Origin: Candidatus Hodarchaeota archaeon
Lineage (GTDB): Archaea > Asgardarchaeota > Lokiarchaeia > Sigyniarchaeales > SOKP01
Reading direction: 5' to 3'
Length of the DNA stretch: 64,000 nt
Assembly: GCA_048887225.1 (NCBI GenBank)
Contig: JBHLJY010000002.1
Span: forward strand, 224,001-288,000
Below, piece after piece: positions 47,432 to 57,027 of the stretch (positions are counted from its first letter, which is position 1; the number at the start of each line of letters is the position of its first letter). The position numbers were made by a program, and so were the translations under genes. Under the pieces are notes generated by a model. It saw only the letters and a program-made list of their open reading frames with translations. It was not told the origin of the DNA and did no database searches.

Positions 47432-48328
47432 ATGAGAAATCAAAAAGTTATTGTTATAAATGGATTTCAGAGAGGTGGGACTAATATCATTTACAATATT
47501 TTTCAATCTCATCCATTAGTTTGCTCACCAAATAATCTTGAAACAGGTGAAATAATTTCACAAAATTATCGATTATATAAATATCCTAAAATTAAATTAA
47601 TCAAATATTTTATAAAACGCTTAAAATTAAAGCTCTATGACATATTAAATAGTAAATTCATTTTAAATTCATTTTTAGTTCTGATATTTGGAAGCTTTTA
47701 TGATAAAATCTTTTATAAATATAAAAAGATGAATTATACAGATCCATTCAATAAATATAAATATGAAAATGAACCTTATAACAAAAAAGAAGTTAAAAAC
47801 AGCGTAATTTGTTTGAAATCCATCCACAACGATATTAGGTTAACGGCCTTCCTCTCTAAAATTTATAAAAATATCTTTTTCATAGGATTAGTAAGAAATG
47901 GTTATGCACTATGTGAAGGTTGGATTAGAAGAGGAAAAAATGCTGAATATTGCGGTTTGAGATATCGAAAATTCTGTGAAATGATGATTAAGGATAAGAA
48001 GAAGTTTAAAAATTATAATATCATAAAATTTGAAGACGTCTTAAAGAATCCATTTGAGATGGCATCAAGGCTATATAAATTTACAAAGCTAACACCAATT
48101 TCTTTAGAAAAGTTAAGATTTCAAGTAAAAAAGATCTTAACTGTCGATGGACACAAAATAAAATTTGGAAAAGAAAGAGCTAAATATTGGTTTGATCATG
48201 AAACTGTAAACGATTTATTTGATCCAAATATTAATAAAATTCAAATTCAAAACCTTTCAGCAGAGAATCGAAAGATTTTTGAAAAGAATACTAAATCGAT
48301 ATTAAAATATTTCAATTATTTAACCTAA
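47432..48328 (+). CDS. Sulfotransferase (PAPS-dependent)
   Basis: INGFQRGGTN (5'-PSB), SHP, LVRNG (3'-PB), IKFEDVLKNP. Confidence 0.75.
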   Translation: MRNQKVIVINGFQRGGTNIIYNIFQSHPLVCSPNNLETGEIISQNYRLYKYPKIKLIKYFIKRLKLKLYDILNSKFILNSFLVLIFGSFYDKIFYKYKKMNYTDPFNKYKYENEPYNKKEVKNSVICLKSIHNDIRLTAFLSKIYKNIFFIGLVRNGYALCEGWIRRGKNAEYCGLRYRKFCEMMIKDKKKFKNYNIIKFEDVLKNPFEMASRLYKFTKLTPISLEKLRFQVKKILTVDGHKIKFGKERAKYWFDHETVNDLFDPNINKIQIQNLSAENRKIFEKNTKSILKYFNYLT

Positions 48329-48353
48329 ATAACATTAAAAACTTTTATTAAAA

Positions 48354-49616
48354 ATGAGAATAGCCCTAATCACTAACAATTTCTTACCAAAAACAGGCGG
48401 AATCACAAATGTTATGGTAAATGTTAGTGGAAAACTGAAAAAATTAGGAGAAAAAGTCTCAGTTTTAAATAAAACTCATGATGAGAAAGAGCGGTTATGT
48501 TATAAATTGTTATCAAATACTACATCCTTGAAAGGAATAGTTGTTCATAATGTAAAGTTCTTTTATTTCTTATTTTTTCTATTCTTAAAAATTATATTTT
48601 CTTTTAAAGAAATTACACTTAAAGATAAATTGAGGTTAGCATCATTTTATTGTTTTTATCCTAAATTTATCGTCAGGAGAACTATTTCACTTAAAAACTT
48701 AGTTTCACATTTCAAAAAACAGAAATATGATATTGTATTAAGTGGAACTTCAGATATCTCTCTATTATATAGTTTTATTATAGCAAAGTGGTTTAGGCTC
48801 CCGCTAATTACAATTGCACATGGTGATGATTTTCTCAGAAGATATCCTTTTAAAATTAAAGAGTATATCTTCCAGAACATCCAAAAACTTGTTGTGACTA
48901 ATGAATTCATGCGAAAACTATTTTTAAAAATCTATGATGTCAATCCTGTTAATGTAAATGTAATACATTTAGGTGTAAATATTGAAGAAAGCCAAGTAAA
49001 AGAATCAATCATTGACTTAAGAAAAAAATTCAATATCTTATCAGATGAGTTTATAATTCTTACTGTAAGTCGTTTTTATCCCAGAAAAGGATTTGAAACA
49101 GTTTTAAAAGCAATTAGGCTCATAAAAGATGAAAATCCGGGCATTAAAATTAAATACTGCCTAATAGGGAGAGGAGAGGAAGAGAAAAGAATTATAAACA
49201 CAATCAAGAGTTTAGAACTAAACGATGATGTGAAATTATTAGGTCAGGTTGATGACATTACTAAAAATCAATTCTACAAATTATCAAATGTTTTTGTTTT
49301 AGTTCCTGAAATAAGTAAAAACTCTATCGAAGGTTTTGGTATAGTTTATACTGAAGCGAATTATTTCCACATACCAGTAATTGGATCAAGGTCTGGAGGA
49401 GTAAGAGTAGCAATTGAAGATGGTAAAAATGGTTTTCTAATTGACCCCAAAGATGTAGAAAATTTGAAGATCTTAATTATGAAATTATATGAAAACGAAC
49501 AGCTCCGTAAAAAATTAGGAGAATATGGCCATAACAGAGTTATAGATTTATTTAATTGGAGCAAAAATGCTTTAAAATATAGAGAATTATTAAAAAAAAC
49601 AAAAGAAGAATTTTGA
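48354..49616 (+). CDS. GT4 glycosyltransferase
   Basis: FLPKTGG, AHG.D, VSRFYPRKG, EGFGIVYTEA. Confidence 0.9.
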   Translation: MRIALITNNFLPKTGGITNVMVNVSGKLKKLGEKVSVLNKTHDEKERLCYKLLSNTTSLKGIVVHNVKFFYFLFFLFLKIIFSFKEITLKDKLRLASFYCFYPKFIVRRTISLKNLVSHFKKQKYDIVLSGTSDISLLYSFIIAKWFRLPLITIAHGDDFLRRYPFKIKEYIFQNIQKLVVTNEFMRKLFLKIYDVNPVNVNVIHLGVNIEESQVKESIIDLRKKFNILSDEFIILTVSRFYPRKGFETVLKAIRLIKDENPGIKIKYCLIGRGEEEKRIINTIKSLELNDDVKLLGQVDDITKNQFYKLSNVFVLVPEISKNSIEGFGIVYTEANYFHIPVIGSRSGGVRVAIEDGKNGFLIDPKDVENLKILIMKLYENEQLRKKLGEYGHNRVIDLFNWSKNALKYRELLKKTKEEF

Positions 49617-49624
49617 TATAAATA

Positions 49625-50863
49625 ATGGGCACAAAATTATTAGAATTAATCGCATCAAAAATAAAAATAATCAAATTCGCAAAAATCTTAAGGATAAATC
49701 CAAAATTCTTCTTAGATATTGTTCTTTTCCACTTTTCAAAACTTTTTAGCGCAAAAATCGATGATAAATTAATTATCTTTGGCTCAGTTGGTGGAAAAGC
49801 ATTTATTGGGAATCCGAAATATATATATCAGTACTTAAAGGAAAATACAGATTACAAGCTAATTTTCTTTGCCCAATCCAAAAACGTGAAAAACAAATTA
49901 GAAAACGAAGGTATAAAGGCAATTAACAGACATTCTATAAAAGCGATTAAAATATTGAGAAAAGCACGAGCTGTTTTTGTTTCACATGGATACGAAGATG
50001 TTTTACCGATTAAATTCTCACCAAAATCATTAGTAATTTATACTGGTCATGGGGGAGGTATCAAGATAAAAGGAAAGAATCCATATCATCAAAAATATAT
50101 CTATTCTAATTGGACAAAAATCTTGAGAGTTAAATTACGTGAGCATGAATATTTAGATTATGTTGTAAGCCCTTCTGGTTCAGGAAAGCCTCTAAAAATA
50201 TGGGCAAATATGTTACAATACCCTTTGGACAGGATATTGCCAACGGGATATCCTAGAAATGATATCTTTTTTGCTGACGACCCTTCATTAAAGACAAAGT
50301 TTAAAGATCGTTATGACATACCAAAAAATATTCAAAGAATAATATTATATGCCCCGACATATAGGGAGATTTTCTCAACAAAAGAACCTTTTACTACTGA
50401 AGATATGAAAAAATTGGATGATTTATGTAAAAACACCAATTCTATCCTTTTAATTAAGGGTCATGTGAAAGAAAAAATCATTAAATTCAAAGATTTAGAA
50501 AATATTAAAAAAGTTATTGGAGATTCAGACACGCAAGAACTCTTATATATTACGGATGTTTTAATAACAGATTATTCAACAATTTTTCATGATTTTCTGC
50601 TTCTAGACCGCCCAATCTTATTATACACTTATGATTATGATGAATACGTTAGTAAACGTGGAATTTATTATGATCATCTAGAAGAAGTCGCTCCTGGCCC
50701 TTTAATATATAACTTCAATGATCTATATGAGGCGCTAAAGAATATTGATAAAATAAAAGCTGAATATGACAAGAAAAGAATTGAATTACGAAATTACTTT
50801 AATAAATATAACGATGGGAACTCTTCGGAACGACTTTTGAGATTTTTAAAGCTAATAAATTAA
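49625..50863 (+). CDS. TagF/TagB-like CDP-polyol phosphotransferase (single domain)
   Basis: GHG..IK, TGYPRND, LYAPTYRE, KGH, ITDYSTIFHDF, NDGNSSER. Confidence 0.9.
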   Translation: MGTKLLELIASKIKIIKFAKILRINPKFFLDIVLFHFSKLFSAKIDDKLIIFGSVGGKAFIGNPKYIYQYLKENTDYKLIFFAQSKNVKNKLENEGIKAINRHSIKAIKILRKARAVFVSHGYEDVLPIKFSPKSLVIYTGHGGGIKIKGKNPYHQKYIYSNWTKILRVKLREHEYLDYVVSPSGSGKPLKIWANMLQYPLDRILPTGYPRNDIFFADDPSLKTKFKDRYDIPKNIQRIILYAPTYREIFSTKEPFTTEDMKKLDDLCKNTNSILLIKGHVKEKIIKFKDLENIKKVIGDSDTQELLYITDVLITDYSTIFHDFLLLDRPILLYTYDYDEYVSKRGIYYDHLEEVAPGPLIYNFNDLYEALKNIDKIKAEYDKKRIELRNYFNKYNDGNSSERLLRFLKLIN

Positions 50864-50870
50864 GAAGTTC

Positions 50871-51419
50871 TTATGCAAAATCATAATCATGCCAAAATTT
50901 ATGAAGATATTTTATCGTAATACCTTCCTTTTTCACAACTTTTTTCTTAGGATTTTTATCATAGTCATAAATGCTTAATATTCCATATTTTTTTGCCAAT
51001 GATATCGTGTAGTCATCATATTTAAACCACCCTAATGCCAGCTTTTCAGGTTTTACATCCACTTGCCCCATAAAATTCATTGCTTCTTTAAACAATTCAT
51101 CTTGAAGTTCATTATCGAAGAATTGCTTAATATTACATATATGTATATGTAATTGAATTTCTTCATTTTTTTCTTTTAGATATTTTATTCTATTTTTTAG
51201 TGTGTTGGTAAATTCTTCTTTGTTCATTTTCAAGTTAAAATATAATTTACAATAATCATAATTGGCGGGTGTTATTACAAACCAAACATAGTTTTTACCA
51301 ACTAAATTTTTAACCTTTTCCCATAAATCATCTCTCACAAAAGCTTCCACATGCATGGTCTTTTCAGATAATTTGGCAAATTTTCTTAGAATGCTATGAT
51401 AAAAATTCCTTAGCTTCAT
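50871..51419 (-). CDS. Polysaccharide deacetylase-like (NodB-type barrel) protein
   Basis: MHVE, WFVITP, EIQLHIH, GWF, HD.D; short and degenerate. Confidence 0.45.
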   Translation of the reverse strand: MKLRNFYHSILRKFAKLSEKTMHVEAFVRDDLWEKVKNLVGKNYVWFVITPANYDYCKLYFNLKMNKEEFTNTLKNRIKYLKEKNEEIQLHIHICNIKQFFDNELQDELFKEAMNFMGQVDVKPEKLALGWFKYDDYTISLAKKYGILSIYDYDKNPKKKVVKKEGITIKYLHKFWHDYDFA

Positions 51420-51568
51420 AAATTAAGAAATTTAGTGTAATTTAATAATTATAGGTATTATTATCAGACCCATGTTTTAAAGTAAAACTCAAAATTAAAT
51501 GTAAATTATCTATTTTATTGAGCAACTTTTTATTGTCAGATGTGTTTAAATCAAAATGAACCCTAAAG

Positions 51569-52729
51569 GTGTACAAAATTAAAATAAATAAGGCATCTCT
51601 TGCAAATTTTATTAATAGAAATATTAAAAGAAGTTTTGTCTTATTTAAGCGGATAACTCATAATAGGTTCAATTCCACATATTATGCAGATTTATTAGGT
51701 TTAAATCTAAATAGATTATTAAAAAATGAGTTCGTACCAAATCCAAAAGAGCATATCTATATTGAAACAACAAATATATGTAATCTAGGTTGTAAATTCT
51801 GTGCCTATAGTAAGGCCTCAACCAAAAAAACTGCAATGTCCAATAAAAAATTTTTTGAGATTGTTAATAATGCAACAGAAGCAGGGTATGATACTTTTGG
51901 TTTAACTCCAATCGTAGGAGAGGTATTCGTTGATAAAAATTTTATACAGAAACTTAATTTTCTTGAGAACCATAAGAAAGTCAAGAATTATCACTTTTTT
52001 ACTAATTTTACATTAGGTAATAAAGAAATTGTAGATGCACTTTTGAAATTTAAAAAGCTAAAAGAACTATTTATAAGTCTCTATGGTCATGATAAGGAAT
52101 CTTTTATGAAATTCACAGGAGGAAGCGAAAGCGTATATAATAATCTAATAGAAAACCTCGAATATCTTTCTAACCAGCTAAAAAATAAAAGTTTAGATTT
52201 TGAATTGGGTTTTGGTCTAAGAACTTATCGTTCATTTAACTCATTGGATGAATGCACGAGTAAATTATGCCAAATCTTGAAAGATATCCTAAATAATACG
52301 AGAAGGAGTCATCTTAATATAACCAAACTTTATTATAATTGGGGGGGATATATCACTCAAGATGATGTAGAAGGACTTGAAATTACAATAAATAAGCCAA
52401 CTAAGTATTATAAATGTGGATTATGCTCTCTTATTCTATACAAAAACCAAATTTTAGCGGATGGTCGAATAAATGCATGTGCTTGCCGAGATGTTGATGC
52501 AACATTAGAAATTGGGGATTTAAATACACAAAGATTCGAGGAAATTTACTCTATAAAAAATAAAAAGTATATTGACATAATAAAGAGTCAACAAAATGGA
52601 TATTTTAATCCAGTATGTAGAGACTGCGATTTTTATAGAAGTATTTATAAGTATTATAAAGTTTATCACAAGTATAAAAGAAAACTTTTCTGCTTAAATG
52701 ATTTTTATGCTTCTCTAAATAGAGATTAG
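51569..52729 (+). CDS. Radical SAM/SPASM-domain protein
   Basis: ETTNICNLGCKFC, GE, TN, SPASM C...DG..AC.C..D...IGDL, C..C. Confidence 0.9.
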   Translation: MYKIKINKASLANFINRNIKRSFVLFKRITHNRFNSTYYADLLGLNLNRLLKNEFVPNPKEHIYIETTNICNLGCKFCAYSKASTKKTAMSNKKFFEIVNNATEAGYDTFGLTPIVGEVFVDKNFIQKLNFLENHKKVKNYHFFTNFTLGNKEIVDALLKFKKLKELFISLYGHDKESFMKFTGGSESVYNNLIENLEYLSNQLKNKSLDFELGFGLRTYRSFNSLDECTSKLCQILKDILNNTRRSHLNITKLYYNWGGYITQDDVEGLEITINKPTKYYKCGLCSLILYKNQILADGRINACACRDVDATLEIGDLNTQRFEEIYSIKNKKYIDIIKSQQNGYFNPVCRDCDFYRSIYKYYKVYHKYKRKLFCLNDFYASLNRD

Positions 52730-52742
52730 CCTTTATCTTAAT

Positions 52743-54761
52743 TTAAATGAATCCATAAAAATTTTCAGTTTTTCCATTTATTATGTCTAACATATTGGTA
52801 ATTCTAGAGATATAATTATGTTTCTCTCTCGCTAATTCTGCGGCATTCCTTTTTATTTCCTCACGTAGTTCTTGATTAGATAGATATTTATCAAGTAATA
52901 ACTTCAATTCACTTTTATTATTATACCATAATAAATGTTTCTCGTTTACTGCTAATTTCTCAAGTCCTTTAAAATAATTAGTGATAATGCAACAACCAGA
53001 TGCCATGGCAATATAAGGTCGATTCGAAGCATATAATTCTAAATCCTTGAAGTATGGATCACCTGCAAATATGATCTTACATTTTGAATATTCTTCAGAC
53101 ATGTAATTAAAGATATTCTTAATTATTTTAACCTTATAATGTTTTTTGATGTAATTTAACGTTTTAGTTCTTTCGATATAGAAGGGATTTTTCAGACTTA
53201 ATTGTCCCCCAAATCCAATCTCGAATTTTTCCTTAATAAATCTATTCCTACAAATTATTTCGGGCATTATAGCAGCAGGCATATAATACACTTTTTCTAA
53301 ATTATAAGTCTTTTTGTATATAGGAATTTCTCCTTTACTTGTAATAAACATGTAATCAATTATTTTGCTATAATCAAAGTATCTAGGTGTAATTATATCC
53401 CAAAGCCAATATACGATTTTATATTTGTTTTTCGTAAAAAAAGCTGCATTAGCTTTTAAAAAAGCTCCGCCTACCTTTCCACCTACCCACAAAATATCCG
53501 GATTGTATTTTTTTATTACTTTTATTATATAACTATATGACTCGTCTTCTAAATCTATAATATTTGTTTGATACCCTAACTTTTCAAAAGCTCTTGCTTG
53601 ACTATCCCATCTAGCATTCGTTAAGAAGGTATATCTCATTGAGTAAACGCCTAACAATAAGACTTTAATGTTATTTTTCTCAATTGGAAAACTTGGTTGA
53701 TTTTTTAAATGAGTTTGGAGCATTTTAAGTGAAGAGCTTAACGTAATTGACTGAATTGAAAGATTATTCTCATCTAATATGCGTACTAAAATACCTTTAT
53801 CAAAAAGATGTGCCGTATTTCGTGAATAATAATTCTTTTTATCTGGAACTATTATAAAAACATCTGCTCCAGGCTCAAGAATTCTTTTAATTTCATCGAA
53901 AATTCTCATATATTCCCCGAAATCAATAAACTCAAAAAAATCTGCGATTAAAGCAACATCTATACGATTTTCAGGGATTTTAAATAAATCTTCGATAGAT
54001 TTGATATGAAGTGTTTTCAAACCATATTGCTTTAGTGCTTCATCAATAATTTCCGAATTTTTTGCAATTAGTAATATATTCGTTTTATTTTTGATTATTT
54101 CTTGGTTTTGCTTTATTATCTCAATGATATCATTTAATTTCTTAACATTTTTCTTTATTTCGTGATCTTTTCTTCTCAATTGTTTTATAGCGGTGATAAT
54201 AACACTTTTATTTATATTTAAATTGCTTTTATCAAATCTTTCAAAGAGGAAATTCGCTTTTTTCAAGTCAGTTATCAATCTTTCAATTTTAACTTCATTC
54301 TTATGAAATTCTATTTGAATTTTTAGAAATCCTCCTGGAATTAGTCTATTATTGAACGATCTTAGTATTTTTTGAAATTTTTCATTTTTAAAATAATGGA
54401 AAAAATGTTTAATTGTTATAATTTGACAAGAATTCCTTTTAAAAGGTAATTTTTTAAGATTACAACAAAGTGAACTATTTGATATATGAGAATCGAAATT
54501 AAAAAATGGTAAATAATTCTTTTGCTTTAAAAATCCAATTCTTATTATCCAAAATTCATTAATATATCTAATTTTCCTCCTTCGCTTTAAGTAGGGATAA
54601 ACAATCTCAAATATTAATCTATGACTCAACAAAACACGCAAAAAAGCTGAAACCAGAGAATTGAATAAGGGATCTTTTACTTTTTTCGCAAAAAAATGCT
54701 TTAAATTTACTTTTTGAGCTTTAAGAAGCGATTTTATTATCCAAATATTCTTAAAGACCAT
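52743..54761 (-). CDS. Fusion of degenerate methyltransferase-like domain(s) with a CgeB-like GT-B glycosyltransferase
   Basis: LPF...H.F.Y...L.PGG and FFEF...RILEPG...VP; C-terminal GFGG, SNRPY.AMASG, HNY..R. Confidence 0.65.
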   Translation of the reverse strand: MVFKNIWIIKSLLKAQKVNLKHFFAKKVKDPLFNSLVSAFLRVLLSHRLIFEIVYPYLKRRRKIRYINEFWIIRIGFLKQKNYLPFFNFDSHISNSSLCCNLKKLPFKRNSCQIITIKHFFHYFKNEKFQKILRSFNNRLIPGGFLKIQIEFHKNEVKIERLITDLKKANFLFERFDKSNLNINKSVIITAIKQLRRKDHEIKKNVKKLNDIIEIIKQNQEIIKNKTNILLIAKNSEIIDEALKQYGLKTLHIKSIEDLFKIPENRIDVALIADFFEFIDFGEYMRIFDEIKRILEPGADVFIIVPDKKNYYSRNTAHLFDKGILVRILDENNLSIQSITLSSSLKMLQTHLKNQPSFPIEKNNIKVLLLGVYSMRYTFLTNARWDSQARAFEKLGYQTNIIDLEDESYSYIIKVIKKYNPDILWVGGKVGGAFLKANAAFFTKNKYKIVYWLWDIITPRYFDYSKIIDYMFITSKGEIPIYKKTYNLEKVYYMPAAIMPEIICRNRFIKEKFEIGFGGQLSLKNPFYIERTKTLNYIKKHYKVKIIKNIFNYMSEEYSKCKIIFAGDPYFKDLELYASNRPYIAMASGCCIITNYFKGLEKLAVNEKHLLWYNNKSELKLLLDKYLSNQELREEIKRNAAELAREKHNYISRITNMLDIINGKTENFYGFI

Positions 54762-54814
54762 GGTAATAAAAGATCTTGAATTTTAAATTTTAAAGTTTAA
54801 TATAAACATTTATT

Positions 54815-55801
54815 TTAAATACTGATGTGAGATTTATGCCATTCAAAAGTTTTTCTTAATCCATCATCAATGTTAGTAGAAGGGTAATAATTTAAGATTT
54901 TTTTTGCTTTTTCTGTATTTGAGTATGTCACATCGACATCCCCTTTTTGTCTTTCTGTATATCTTATCCTTTTAGACTTATTTGCGATGTTATACATTTT
55001 GTCTACCAAGTCATTAACGCTAATAGGGTTTCCTATACCTAAATTAAAAATCTCTCCTACTGAATTATTATTTTCAGCCGCTAAAATTAAACCATTTATG
55101 ATATCAGAAATGTAAGTAAAATCTCTAAGTTGCCCTCCGTCTCCATAGATAGTAATCTCTCTATCTTGTAAAATTAAATTATAAAATTTTCTTATGGCCA
55201 TATCAGGTCTACCTCTTGGGCCATATACAGTATAAAACCTTACGGAAGTAATGGGTAAATAATATTCTCTAAAATAAAAATCAGCATAGATTTCTCCAAC
55301 CAATTTAGAAACTGCATAAGGAGATATTGGATTTTTTGGATGTTCTTCATCGAGTGGTGTATAAATTGGATTTCCATATACAGAGGATGATGAAGAATAA
55401 ACTACTTTCTTCACGTTGTTACGCAAAGCAAATTCTAAGATATTTACAGTACCTACAATATTGTTGTTTGTCACTTCTGACGCGTGCTCAATAGAATATC
55501 TTACACCTGCTTGAGCCGCCAGATGAAATATAATATCGACTTCGCAATTTATTTCATTATAAACTGATTTATCTAAAAGATCTCCCTTAATTAAAAAGTA
55601 ATCTTTTGAAATTTCATAATCTTTTGTTATTTTTTCGAACTGTTCCTCTTTCCCATTATAATATTTATTAAAATTATCAATAACGATAATATAATTGTTT
55701 CCTTTAATTAAATTTTCAAACAAATGTCCCCCAATAAAACCAGCGGCACCAGTAATAAGGATTGATTTATTTTTTATCATATTGTGTTTTCCACTTTGCA
55801 T
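54815..55801 (-). CDS. NAD-dependent epimerase (UDP-glucuronate 4-epimerase-like)
   Basis: TGAAGFIG, HLAAQAGVRYS, SSSSVYG, YAVSK, RFYTVYGP.GRPDMA. Confidence 0.9.
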   Translation of the reverse strand: MQSGKHNMIKNKSILITGAAGFIGGHLFENLIKGNNYIIVIDNFNKYYNGKEEQFEKITKDYEISKDYFLIKGDLLDKSVYNEINCEVDIIFHLAAQAGVRYSIEHASEVTNNNIVGTVNILEFALRNNVKKVVYSSSSSVYGNPIYTPLDEEHPKNPISPYAVSKLVGEIYADFYFREYYLPITSVRFYTVYGPRGRPDMAIRKFYNLILQDREITIYGDGGQLRDFTYISDIINGLILAAENNNSVGEIFNLGIGNPISVNDLVDKMYNIANKSKRIRYTERQKGDVDVTYSNTEKAKKILNYYPSTNIDDGLRKTFEWHKSHISI

Positions 55802-55808
55802 TATTAAA

Positions 55809-57008
55809 TTATTTAGTTCTAGTTGTTAAAATAGTCTCTTTATAAAGTCTTTTTACCTTTTGAGCTATATTGGACCAATCAAACTGTCTAACCTTCTTAA
55901 GTGAATTTTTTAAAATTGTATCACAAAGATTTTTATCTTTATAGAGAATTCTTAATTTCTTGACAATTTCTTCTCTTTCTCCGCAAGGAATTATTGAATT
56001 CTCATCAAGAATTTCATCAACTTCTCCGACATCTGTACAAATACATGGAACATTGGATGCTATTGCCTCTAATAAAACAGTTGGAAAGCCTTCTACATAT
56101 GAAGTTAAAGCAAGAAAATCTGAAATTGCGTAAAATTTTTCTATTTCTAATCTTGTTCCTAATAAAAAGACATTTTCATGTAAACCTAAAATCTTTAGCT
56201 CCTTCTTTAATTTTTTTCGATACTTTCCATCACCCAAGTAAAGCAATTTTATCTTTTTTTTCTGATTTTCACTTAATTCAGAAAGGAATATTTTGAAACT
56301 ATGAAGAAAATCAATCATTCCATAGACTTTCTGTTTCAGATCCATAAATCCAACATATATTATGATAAAATCATCATTATCAATAAATGAGGAGACCTCT
56401 AAATCGTTTATTATTTTTTCTTTCTCTTTAATGCTGGAAACATGAAAAAATCTATTTAGCTCAACACCTACGGGGATCCATTTTAATTTTCTTATATCAA
56501 GTTTGTTTTTTTCAAAAAAAGGGATCATTCTTCTACTAACTATGATATAACTCGCTGCATGTTGATATATCAGCTTTAATTCTAATAAAAAATTCAATTT
56601 AAAGTGCGAATCAAGCCCATGTTGAGTATAGATACATGGGATTCTGAATATACGATTAAATATAACAGCCATTAATCCAGTTACTGCAGGATTATCACAA
56701 TGAATTAAATCTATTCGATATTTCCTGTGGAGCTTTAGGAGTTTTTTTAATGAATAATATCCAAACCTGATTAAAAAGAGGATTTGACTTATAGCCTTTG
56801 CATTCCATTTTGAAGCTCTTAATGGTAAATAATAGATTTTAAAGTTTTCATTTACTATTTTATATTTATCTTTAAATCCTTTGGGTCTACAAGTTACATT
56901 AAACATTCTAAATCTTTTATCTGAGACATGCTTAGAAAGAAAATATGCATAAACTGCTGGCCCTGCTTTATCCGGATAAATTCTAGTTGTAAGTCTAACA
57001 ATATTCAT
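55809..57008 (-). CDS. GT4 glycosyltransferase
   Basis: YP..AG, TQHG, EGFPTVLLEA, TDVG. Confidence 0.88.
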   Translation of the reverse strand: MNIVRLTTRIYPDKAGPAVYAYFLSKHVSDKRFRMFNVTCRPKGFKDKYKIVNENFKIYYLPLRASKWNAKAISQILFLIRFGYYSLKKLLKLHRKYRIDLIHCDNPAVTGLMAVIFNRIFRIPCIYTQHGLDSHFKLNFLLELKLIYQHAASYIIVSRRMIPFFEKNKLDIRKLKWIPVGVELNRFFHVSSIKEKEKIINDLEVSSFIDNDDFIIIYVGFMDLKQKVYGMIDFLHSFKIFLSELSENQKKKIKLLYLGDGKYRKKLKKELKILGLHENVFLLGTRLEIEKFYAISDFLALTSYVEGFPTVLLEAIASNVPCICTDVGEVDEILDENSIIPCGEREEIVKKLRILYKDKNLCDTILKNSLKKVRQFDWSNIAQKVKRLYKETILTTRTK

Positions 57009-57027
57009 GAAAAATCACCAATAGAAG

